NCBI GenBank assembly: GCA_039809385.1
Contig: JBDHUY010000002.1
Location: 1 to 64,000 of the forward strand
Direction: 5' to 3'
Source of the DNA: Candidatus Altimarinota bacterium
GTDB taxonomy: Bacteria > Patescibacteriota > Gracilibacteria > JBDHUY01
DNA length: 64,000 bases
The notes beneath the pieces were generated by a model. It saw only the letters and a program-made list of their open reading frames with translations, was not told the DNA's origin and did not search any database. Of the stretch, positions 31,058 through 40,200 are shown in pieces; the first letter of the stretch is position 1, and every line of letters starts with the position of its first letter. The position numbers were made by a program, and so were the translations under genes.

Positions 31058-32158
31058 ATGAACGAATCTCTGAAAATAATTGTGACGGGTAACTACGGCG
31101 CCCGCAATATGGGTGACGAAGCCTTGCTTGCCGGGATGCAGAGGCTCTTGAAACATACCTTTGCAAATCCGGTTATTACCGTTTTGAGTTACGATCCGGA
31201 GGATACGAAAAGACGTCACCATTGTAACTCCGTATATCAGTTCCCGTTCGGTATCCGCTCTTTTTTACGCGGAACTTTTCGGGCTACATGGAACAGAGTA
31301 CGCATATCCGATCTGGTAATTCTGGGCGGGGGAGGACTTCTCACCGACGAAAAGATCAAGGCCATGCTTCTGTGGGGGTATCATATTCTGCTTTTCTCTC
31401 TGCTCAGGAAAAAGATCGTACTTTTGGGTAACAGCATCGGTCCGGTCAAAACATTTTTTGGTAAAATGATCCTGAATTTCATTCTAAAAAGAGCGGTTCA
31501 TATCAATTTGCGCGATAATATTTCTCGAAATGCGCTAGGATCAAAAGTCCCATCCGAGAAAATAAGCGTTTCGGCAGACCTGGCCTTTTGTAACGAGACG
31601 CCACTGCATATTCCCATCAAGAAAAGGCAGGTAGCGATCTCGCTCAGACCGTGGATATCGGACGAAACTCCCATACTCGCCACGATAGCGGATTTTTGTA
31701 ATAAAACGCTCATTCCCGCCGGGTATTCGATAGTACTCCTTCCGTTTCAGACCTTTCAGGATAATGACCGTGTCGTATTGCATAAGCTCTACGATCGTAT
31801 TTTGAATAAAAGAAATGTTCAATATGTGGCTGGTGAACTGGAACTTCAGGAAATACTCGATATCTTGAGCGAATCAGAAGTTGTGTTGGGGATGCGCTTA
31901 CATGCGCTGATCCTGGCTACCATGACGGGAACTCCTTTTATAGGTCTAGGATACAGCCAAAAAGTGCGTGGGTTCACAGAAGAAGCGGGACAGGATTCTT
32001 ATTATGTAGAGCTTGCAAACCTGAATTTTAAAGAATTATTACTTCGCTGGAATCTATTGCAGGAGAATTCGGAGCAGATCAGGAACGCTCTTATGATGAA
32101 AAGAGACGCATTTCGGGAGAAAAATAGGGAATTGGAAAATATCCTGGCTTCTTTATAA
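31058..32158 (+). CDS. Polysaccharide pyruvyl transferase (CsaB-like)
   Basis: GNYG..NMGDEA, GGGGL, GP, LRD, ADLAF, GMRLHA. Confidence 0.88.
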   Translation: MNESLKIIVTGNYGARNMGDEALLAGMQRLLKHTFANPVITVLSYDPEDTKRRHHCNSVYQFPFGIRSFLRGTFRATWNRVRISDLVILGGGGLLTDEKIKAMLLWGYHILLFSLLRKKIVLLGNSIGPVKTFFGKMILNFILKRAVHINLRDNISRNALGSKVPSEKISVSADLAFCNETPLHIPIKKRQVAISLRPWISDETPILATIADFCNKTLIPAGYSIVLLPFQTFQDNDRVVLHKLYDRILNKRNVQYVAGELELQEILDILSESEVVLGMRLHALILATMTGTPFIGLGYSQKVRGFTEEAGQDSYYVELANLNFKELLLRWNLLQENSEQIRNALMMKRDAFREKNRELENILASL

Positions 32159-32499
32159 GTTTAAACCAATTCCATTACTAATTCCAAATCTGCATGATAG
32201 CAAAATCCATTGTTACAATGATGGAAAGCCCAAATCACAACAAATGACAAAATAATACCAATATTGTCAAAAATCCCCTCTGGCTTGCCTGTCTGTTTGT
32301 TGTATTGAATCTGTGTGTCGAGTATCATTGCTCGCAATAAAAATGTCCCGAACGTTTACAGATTCCGGGCGAGTTTGAACAACTTTCATCATTGCTATCT
32401 GCTCTCGTAACAGTTTGATTGGGGATGTGAACTTTGTGATTTGAACGTACTTGTTCTTCACATGCCGAGCTGGAGGCTTGGAAATCGGTAGAAATTACC

Positions 32500-33186
32500 C
32501 TATTTTTTCTTGATTTTGGCGAGTGCTTTCTGGGCGGCGGCTTCTTCGGCTTTGCGTTTGGAAGATCCTGTGCCCTTGCCTATCAAATCGTCTTTAACAT
32601 AGACTCCGACGATGAAAACTTTATCGTGATCGGGGCCCTGATCCATGATGACCTTATAAGCAGGAGTGCATTTCAGATATTCCTGGGTATATTCCTGCAA
32701 GGCCGATTTGGCATCGATATAGAGTTTCTTCTTGATGATAGTCTTGAGAGTAGGGAACAGGTGAGTCTGAATGAACGACTGGGCGGTTACCAGTCCCTGA
32801 TCCAAAAAGATTCCGCCGATCAAGGCTTCGAATGTGTTGGCCAGAATATAATCTTTTTCCCGTCCGCCTGATTTTTCTTCACCGCGGCTGAGCTTCAGGT
32901 GTGCTCCCAGATCAAGTTTTCTGGCGACTAAAGCCAGATTCTCTTTTCGTACCAGCGCCGAGCGGATACTGGTAAGTTCGCCTTCTTCGGCTTTGGGATA
33001 GGTATGAAATAAATACTCGGTTACCATTAGTTCCAGTACTGCGTCTCCCAAAAATTCTAGCCGCTCGTTATTTTGCAGATCTTTATTCCCGGCTTCGTTC
33101 AACAAAGACCGATGCGTAAAAATCTGCTCCAGGATCGCAGCCTGCTTAAAGGTGAATCCGATAGTTTTTTCAACGTCTTTTAACAT
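32500..33186 (-). CDS. rnc: Ribonuclease III
   Basis: NERLEFLGDAVL, dsRBD K..LQE, GPDH. Confidence 0.97.
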   Translation of the reverse strand: MLKDVEKTIGFTFKQAAILEQIFTHRSLLNEAGNKDLQNNERLEFLGDAVLELMVTEYLFHTYPKAEEGELTSIRSALVRKENLALVARKLDLGAHLKLSRGEEKSGGREKDYILANTFEALIGGIFLDQGLVTAQSFIQTHLFPTLKTIIKKKLYIDAKSALQEYTQEYLKCTPAYKVIMDQGPDHDKVFIVGVYVKDDLIGKGTGSSKRKAEEAAAQKALAKIKKK

Positions 33187-33196
33187 GGGATCGTCT

Positions 33197-33634
33197 TTAC
33201 TTATTCAGAATAGTCTCTTTATGTTGCATAACCGTGTTCAATACCCCATTTACAAACTTGCCGCTGTTTTCGTTGCCGAATTTTTTGCCTAACTCGATCG
33301 CTTCGTCGATAGCTACCACGCCGGGGACCTGTGTGGCAAAGATAATCTCGTAAATACCGATCAACAAAATGACCCGGTCTACCGGATTTACTTTTTCCAG
33401 AGGCCACTCGGGCGCGTATGTAACCAGAATCTCCCGGATATGCGGCGTGTAATTCAGTATCCCGTACAGGATCTCTTCCAAAAAAGAGGGAATTGATGGT
33501 TCTTTATACAATTCACTGATATAGCTTTCGGTTTCTTGCACGACAAAATCGAGATCCTCGCTTTTGTTTTGAGCTTCGGCGGCAAACAGAATCTGAAATG
33601 CCACTTCCCGGCACAGGTGACGTGACAGGGCCAT
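33197..33634 (-). CDS. nusB: Transcription antitermination factor NusB
   Basis: R...RE.AFQ.LF, VDR.IL, AIDEAIEL.K.F, FVNGVL. Confidence 0.95.
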   Translation of the reverse strand: MALSRHLCREVAFQILFAAEAQNKSEDLDFVVQETESYISELYKEPSIPSFLEEILYGILNYTPHIREILVTYAPEWPLEKVNPVDRVILLIGIYEIIFATQVPGVVAIDEAIELGKKFGNENSGKFVNGVLNTVMQHKETILNK

Positions 33635-33641
33635 ACTAAAA

Positions 33642-33881
33642 TTATGCTTTTACGGTTCGTACGGTTCGGCGCTTCGGTTGATCCATTTTGATAACTTGTC
33701 TGCCGTTGTATGTACCGCAGGTAGGGCAGGCATGATGCTGCAACTTCATCTCGCGGCACTGCGGGCAGGCGGTCAGATTGGTCATTCCGGCCAGTTGGGT
33801 TTTTACCCGGCGGGCAAAAGCTCCGTATTGCTGTTTACTGCGAATGACCGATTTTTTTTGCTTGGGTACGGGATGTTTCAT
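33642..33881 (-). CDS. rpmF: 50S ribosomal protein L32
   Basis: PVPK.K.S, CPQC...HHACPTCG.YNGR. Confidence 0.92.
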   Translation of the reverse strand: MKHPVPKQKKSVIRSKQQYGAFARRVKTQLAGMTNLTACPQCREMKLQHHACPTCGTYNGRQVIKMDQPKRRTVRTVKA

Positions 33882-34026
33882 GAAAAAACGAAGAATGAAG
33901 CGATTAAAGAAACGTTCTTATTGTAGCGAGTTGTGCCAGAAAGTCAAAGAAACCGGGAAATAGTTCTATATAGCACACAAAATGAGGCGCCAAATCTTAC
34001 ATTGGACAGTGTTACAAAGCGCATAA

Positions 34027-35988
34027 TTATTTTTTCAGTTCCTCGATCTGATCCCGGATGATCGCGGCTTTTTCGAACTCCAGATTGATGGCGTACATAT
34101 CCATCTCGAGTTCCAGTTTGGCAATCATGTCGCGCTTGTCGTTGCTGGAAAGTTTCTTCTTGCTCTTGGACCGACGTTCGCTGTCTGGAACATCGCTTTT
34201 GGTCATGCCGATATCTTTGATTTTGGACACGATCGTTTTGGGCACGATGCCATGCTCTTCGTTATATTGTTCCTGAATCTTCCGGCGCCGACGGGTCTCC
34301 TGAATAGCCCGTTTCATACTGTCGGTCTCTTTGTCGGCGTAGAGCACGACCATGCCGTTGGCATTGCGCGCCGCCCGCCCGATCGTTTGGATCAGCGCCG
34401 TTTCGGAGCGCAAAAAACCTTCTTTGTCAGCATCCAGGATGAGAATGAGAGAGACTTCGGGAATATCCAGACCTTCGCGCAGCAGATTGATGCCGACCAG
34501 CACGTCGAACTTGCCCAGACGGAGGTCTTTGATAATGTCGATCCGTTCTAGCGTATCGATATCCGAATGCAGGTAGCGTACCAAGATACCCTGGTCGTTA
34601 AGATAGTCGGTCAGATCTTCGGCCGATTTTTTGGTCAGCGTCGTGATCAGTACACGTTCCTTGTTTTTCACGCGCTGCTGGATTTCGTAGAGAATATCGT
34701 CGATCTGATGCTGGGTGGGACGTACTTCAACGATCGGATCGAGCAATCCGGTCGGACGGATAATCTGCTCAGCGCGATGCTCCTGACTATGTTCGAGCTC
34801 GAATTTGGCCGGAGTAGCCGATACAAAAATGACCTGGTTCAGTTTTTTTTCGAATTCGTTAAACTGTAACGGCCGGTTGTCCAGAGCTGAGGGAAGCCGG
34901 AAGCCGTGCTCGATCAGCATGGTTTTGCGGGCCCGGTCGCCGTTATACATGCCGCCGATCTGCGGTACGGTCATGTGCGACTCGTCGATCATCATCAGAT
35001 AATCCTTGGGGAAATAATCGATCAGGGTGGTCGGTGGCTCTCCGGCTTTGCGACCATCGAAATACCGCGAATAATTTTCGATCCCGTTGACCGTTCCGGT
35101 CTCCTGCAGCAATTCCATGTCGTACTCCGTGCGCTGTTTTAGGCGGTAGGCTTCTACGATCTTTCCCATTTCGTTTAGCTGGGTGAGTCTTTCTTCCAGG
35201 TCTTTTTCAATAATGGGGACGACCGCCTTGATCTTTTCCATGGGCGTTACATAGTGTTTTGCCGGGGTCAGAATATACTCGCTTCGTTCTTCGAAAACCT
35301 CGCCCGTGATCGGATCAGCCAGAGAGATTTTTTCAATCTCGTCGTCAAACATTTCCAAGCGGACTACGAAATTTTCGGAGGCCGGATAGATTTCGATCAC
35401 GTCTCCCAGCACTTCGAACATGCCGTGTTTGAAATCCATGGTACTGCGCACATATTGCATCTCAACCAGCTTCTTAAACAGCTCCTCGCGGGGAATTTTG
35501 TTGCCGGCTTTCAGATATACGAAAAAACTTTGGTAGTCTTCGATCGGTCCCAAACCATAGATACATGACACTGAAGCCACTATAATAACATCCCGGCGGG
35601 TGAGAAGCGAAGAGGTGGCGGCGAGGCGATATTTGTCGATCTCTTCGTTGATCATGGTCTGCTTTTCGATGAAAGTATCGGTTTTTGGAATATAGGCTTC
35701 GGGCTGGTAGTAGTCGTAGTAGCTCACGAAATAGTGGACTGCATTTTTAGGAAAAAACTCTTTGAGCTCGGCAGCCAGCTGCGCGGCCAGCGTTTTGTTG
35801 TGTGAAATGACCAGAGTGGGACGCTGGATGGTCTGGATGACATTGGCCATGGTAAACGTTTTACCGCTGCCGGTAATCCCCATCAGTGTCTGGTAGGCGA
35901 CCCCGTCGGTAATTCCGCGTACCAGCTTGTCGATCGCCTGTGGCTGGTCGCCCATGGGCTTAAAAGGGGAGGTGAGTTGAAAATGCAT
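34027..35988 (-). CDS. uvrB: Excinuclease ABC subunit B
   Basis: [36 protein letters not shown]. Confidence 0.98.
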   Translation of the reverse strand: MHFQLTSPFKPMGDQPQAIDKLVRGITDGVAYQTLMGITGSGKTFTMANVIQTIQRPTLVISHNKTLAAQLAAELKEFFPKNAVHYFVSYYDYYQPEAYIPKTDTFIEKQTMINEEIDKYRLAATSSLLTRRDVIIVASVSCIYGLGPIEDYQSFFVYLKAGNKIPREELFKKLVEMQYVRSTMDFKHGMFEVLGDVIEIYPASENFVVRLEMFDDEIEKISLADPITGEVFEERSEYILTPAKHYVTPMEKIKAVVPIIEKDLEERLTQLNEMGKIVEAYRLKQRTEYDMELLQETGTVNGIENYSRYFDGRKAGEPPTTLIDYFPKDYLMMIDESHMTVPQIGGMYNGDRARKTMLIEHGFRLPSALDNRPLQFNEFEKKLNQVIFVSATPAKFELEHSQEHRAEQIIRPTGLLDPIVEVRPTQHQIDDILYEIQQRVKNKERVLITTLTKKSAEDLTDYLNDQGILVRYLHSDIDTLERIDIIKDLRLGKFDVLVGINLLREGLDIPEVSLILILDADKEGFLRSETALIQTIGRAARNANGMVVLYADKETDSMKRAIQETRRRRKIQEQYNEEHGIVPKTIVSKIKDIGMTKSDVPDSERRSKSKKKLSSNDKRDMIAKLELEMDMYAINLEFEKAAIIRDQIEELKK

Positions 35989-36190
35989 AGCTTAAAAAAA
36001 AGCGTATAACTAAACGATTATAAACTCTTTGAATGAGAAAGCAAAAAGAAGACAGCTTACTAGCAGCTGACAGGGAAAAACCTAACAAATTGAATGAGGA
36101 TATCGGGTAATGTTTTCTACCGGGTAACGTTGGGTTTGTATCTGGAAAATGGATAAAATTATCCTGTAGCAGCGTATTCTATAGATCTGC

Positions 36191-36219
36191 TTGTCTGCTC
36201 ATCTAAAACTCTGTACAAT
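36191..36219 (+). promoter_or_regulatory. sigma70-type promoter for the T-box leader
   Basis: TTGTCT-N17-TACAAT. Confidence 0.55.
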
Positions 36220-36231
36220 GAAATCAGGAAA

Positions 36232-36453
36232 AGCGCTACGATTCTTGCAATCACAAGAACATTCGTTCCAGTCGGAACGAAGCGCCGGGAAAAGAAAGCT
36301 TGCCTATTGTAAGCAATTAGACTTCCCCGGAAGAACAACCTCCCGTGACGAAAAAGGGCATGAAGCGGTCCGACGAAATGTCGGACAATCAAGGTGGTAC
36401 CTTCCGCCGGATGGCGGAACCTTGAGCACAAAATATTTTTTATGCTCTTTTTT
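36232..36453 (+). promoter_or_regulatory. T-box riboswitch, Ile (AUC) specifier, ultrashort Stem I
   Basis: UUCUUG-CAAUCA-CAAGAA stem I; stem II with AGAA/UUAGA internal loop; CCCGUGAC; stem III; antiterminator UCAAGG-UGGUACC-UUCCGCC..GGCGGAA-CCUUGA; upstream of ileS. Confidence 0.9.
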
Positions 36454-36711
36454 GTGAAGAATAAAGTCTTTGAGATTGTTGGCTGGTGCGGATTCATAAC
36501 CGCATTGTCGGGGTTGTATTTTTTAGAATCTGACTATTGGGACGCTGTCAGTCTGGATTTTGAATATACTCTCTTGTTTCTGGGTAGCTTTGCGATGTCT
36601 ATTCCGACATTCAGACGCAAAGCATATCCCGCTGGATTATTTATGGCGGTTCTTGGGATTTATTTTCTATGGCGTGTATATATTCTATTTCTTGAGAGAG
36701 ATTTTGTGTAG
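36442..36711 (+). CDS. Small membrane protein
   Basis: Three hydrophobic segments; ATG directly after the T-box. Confidence 0.55.
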   Translation: MLFFVKNKVFEIVGWCGFITALSGLYFLESDYWDAVSLDFEYTLLFLGSFAMSIPTFRRKAYPAGLFMAVLGIYFLWRVYILFLERDFV

Positions 36712-36716
36712 ATATT

Positions 36717-37004
36717 ATGAAAAACTCTTTATCTCAACTGCGTCTTTTCTTCTCGGGCTATGTGCAGGGAGTGGGTTTCCGTTCCTTCATTGCCAAGACG
36801 GTACGAAACCATCCGAATGTCTGCGGATTTACCCGGAACCTCGATGACGGCCGAGTTGAAACTGTGTTGGAAGGAGAGAAAGAGATATTGAATAAAATAT
36901 TTGAACAAATAGAAAAAGGCTGTCCCGGCTCTACCGTGGAAAACATCAAAACACTATGGGGGAAGAAGGAGCAACGGGAATTCTTTCAGTTTACAGTGTA
37001 CTGA
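36717..37004 (+). CDS. acyP: Acylphosphatase
   Basis: GYVQGVGFR, G..RNL.DGRVE. Confidence 0.93.
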   Translation: MKNSLSQLRLFFSGYVQGVGFRSFIAKTVRNHPNVCGFTRNLDDGRVETVLEGEKEILNKIFEQIEKGCPGSTVENIKTLWGKKEQREFFQFTVY

Positions 37005-37013
37005 AGGGCAATT

Positions 37014-37245
37014 GTATCTAGTATTAAGTATCAGGTATCTTGCAATTGATTTTTCTCTGGTTTCTTGTATTTCTACCCGCTGCCCATTCATTTCTTTATA
37101 GACTTTAGGAACTTTATGGACTTTCACCTGTTTCCCGGGCAGACATATGGGTCTGCAGCTACATTTGTCGATGCCTGAAGGATAAATGACGACCTACCCC
37201 CCTCCGCTTTACAAACTTTACGGACTTTATCATTTTATAGACTCT
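37014..37245. repeat. Stack of repeats (GTATCTA heptamers, ACTTTATGG nonamers, degenerate GTAG-type REP)
   Basis: GTATCTAGTATTAAGTATCAGGTATC; GACTTTAGGAACTTTATGGACTTT; GGGCAGAC..GTCTGC..CTAC at 37137-37162. Confidence 0.65.
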
Positions 37246-37248
37246 CCT

Positions 37249-40200
37249 ATGTTCAAACCCGTTAATCCCAAGGTCAGTTTTTCCGAAATCGAGAAAGAGA
37301 TTCTCTCATATTGGAAAAATAACCGGATTTTTGAACGTTCAATAAAACAGCGCACTCAGAAAGAGTTTACTTTTTACGACGGGCCGCCGTTTGCCACGGG
37401 ACTTCCTCACTATGGCCATTTGCTGGCCGGAACATTAAAGGATGTCATTCCGCGTTACTGGACGATGAAAGGGTATCGCGTCGAGCGTCGTTTCGGCTGG
37501 GACTGTCACGGCCTCCCGGTAGAAAACGAAAAGGAAAAAGAACTCGGGATAACCGGTAAAAAAGATATCGAAGCGATGGGGGTCGGCGCTTTTAACGAAG
37601 CCTGCCGCTCGATCGTGCAGCGCTATGCAGGTGAGTGGCGCCAGACCGTGGAACGCACGGGCCGCTGGGTCGATATGGATAACGACTACAAGACCATGGA
37701 TACCAGCTATATGGAATCGATCTGGTGGGTCTTTAAACAGTTGTGGGATAAAGGATATGTGTATGAGGGAAAGAAAGCGATGCAGATCTGTCCGCGCTGC
37801 GTGACCCCCCTATCGAACTTTGAAGTGACGCAAGGGTATAAAGATATTACCGACTGGTCAGTGATTGCTAAATTTCCTATTACAGATCCAGATTTCTTGA
37901 AAAAGTACGGGAACGGAATAAAGACCAGCTTTATCGCCTGGACCACCACACCGTGGAGTATTCCAACCACGATGGGACTGGCGATTGGTCCAGACTTTGA
38001 CTATGTGTTGGTGCGTACCGGCGAGGAACAGATTATTGTTGCCAAAAATCGTCTTGAATATGCGGTAAAATCCCTAGAAGAGGGGAGTTGGGAGGTCGTG
38101 GAAGAATTGAAAGGCAAGGAACTGACCGGTCTTGCGTACGAACATCCATATGCATTTATTTATGGACAGAACGAAGAGGTGAAGAATAATGCCAACGTTT
38201 ACAAAACCTACGCTACAGATTATGTCAGTATCGAAGACGGTACCGGTATTGTTACTATCAATGGTGCTTTCGGTGAAATCGATATGGAGGCGGCCAACCG
38301 TTTGGAATTACCGATCGTGATTAACGTCAAAATGGACGGAACGTATACTGACGACATGGGTGAACTGGCCGGGCATCACGTCAAACCCAAAGAGGATCCG
38401 ACCAAGATGGATCAGAAAATCGCCGAAGATCTTGAAAGCCGCGGGTTTCTGTTTCGCCGCGAAAAGTATTTGCACAGTTATCCGCACTGCTGGCGCTGTG
38501 ATACTCCTCTTTTAAATTACGCTACCACCAGCTGGTTTGTATCAGTGACCAAATTAAAGGAGAAGTTGTTGAAAAATAACGATAAAACATCCTGGGTGCC
38601 GGATAATATCAAGTACGGCCGTTTCGGAAAATGGCTTGAGAATGCGCGCGACTGGGCTATTTCGCGCAACCGTTACTGGGGATCGGTTATGCCGGTATGG
38701 AAATGCGATAGTTGTGAAAAAGTCGAGGTTCTCGGCAGTCTGGAGGATCTGCGTGCTAAAGTTCCGGAACGAATGACCAAGCTTATTCTGATGCGTCACG
38801 GCGAAAGCGAAACCAATGTCAAAACCGAAGTCTGGTCAAAAGACGATCGCTATCCTCTCACTGAAAATGGACAAAAAGAGATTCATACGCTTGCCGCCGA
38901 CCTGGAACACTATGATGTCATGCTTGTTTCGCCCGTACTGCGAGCCCGTCAGAGTGCCGATATTCTCAAACAAAAGTATGGTACTGATTATGCGGTCGTT
39001 GAGCAGTTACGCGAAAATAATATGGGTACGTGGGAGGGACTACCTGCGGCAGAACATCTGGAACAGCTCAAAAAATATCATGAACTGCCTTTGCAAGAAC
39101 GCTATCAAGCCCGGATGGGTGGCGGAGAGAATTGGGTCGACATTGAAGCGCGGGTCTCCGAATTTCTCAAAAACACACTCTCGCAGTATCGCGGCAAAAC
39201 CGTAGCGATCGTGACACACAAATCGATCATCGTTACGCTACACAAACAGTTAAGCGACTGGACGCTGAATCGTTTCTTTGCGATCGACGAGGGCGCCGAG
39301 TGGCTCAATAAAAGCGTTATCTATGTCGATAACGAGACCGGCAAAGAATTCGATCTGCATAAGCATGTGGTTGATGAAATCACGTTTAAATGCTCTCCCC
39401 CTGATAAGGGGGAGTTGGAGGGGGGTTCTCACTGTTCAGGTACTATGAGACGCATTCCCGAAGTGCTCGACTGCTGGTTCGAATCGGGCAGTATGCCCTA
39501 TGCTCAGGTGCATTATCCGTTTGAAAATAAAGAAAAGTTTGAACAAAACTTCCCGGCCGATTTTATCGCCGAAGGGCAGGATCAGACCCGCGGCTGGTTC
39601 TATACGCTGATGGTGCTTTCGACCGCCTTGTTTGACCAGCCGGCATTTAAAAACGTGATCGTCAATGGCGTGATCCTCGCCGAGGACGGCAAAAAGATGA
39701 GCAAGCGTCTGAAAAACTATCCCGATCCGGCCTATATGCTGGATACGTATGGTGCCGACGCGATGCGTTTTTATCTTATGAATTCTCCGGCAGTGCAGGC
39801 CCAGGATCTGCGCTTCTCCGAAAAGGGAGTGGATGAAGTTGTTAAGTCGATTCTCCTGCCGTTCTGGAATGCGTACAGCTTTTTCGTGACGTATGCGAAT
39901 ATTGACGGGTGGGATTCAAACGGTCAGCGGTCAGTAATCAGCAAGCAGCAAGGAAAGGCCGACAGCCGACAGCTGACAGCTGACAGCTATGACCCCCAAC
40001 TTTTTTCCAACAAACTTGACCAGTGGATTCTGTCCGAACTTCAGGCCACGGTGGAGCTGGTGACCCAGCGACTGGACAAGTACGATCTTTCCGGTGCGAC
40101 CGAGCCCCTGGCAGCCTTTATCGATGGACTTACCAACTGGTATATCCGTCGTTCGCGTCGGCGTTTCTGGAAATCGGAAAACGATACAGATAAAAACGAA

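Noticed and set aside
36191-36457. 88-aa plus and 112-aa minus ORFs upstream of acyP
   Set aside because: Region is explained by the T-box RNA
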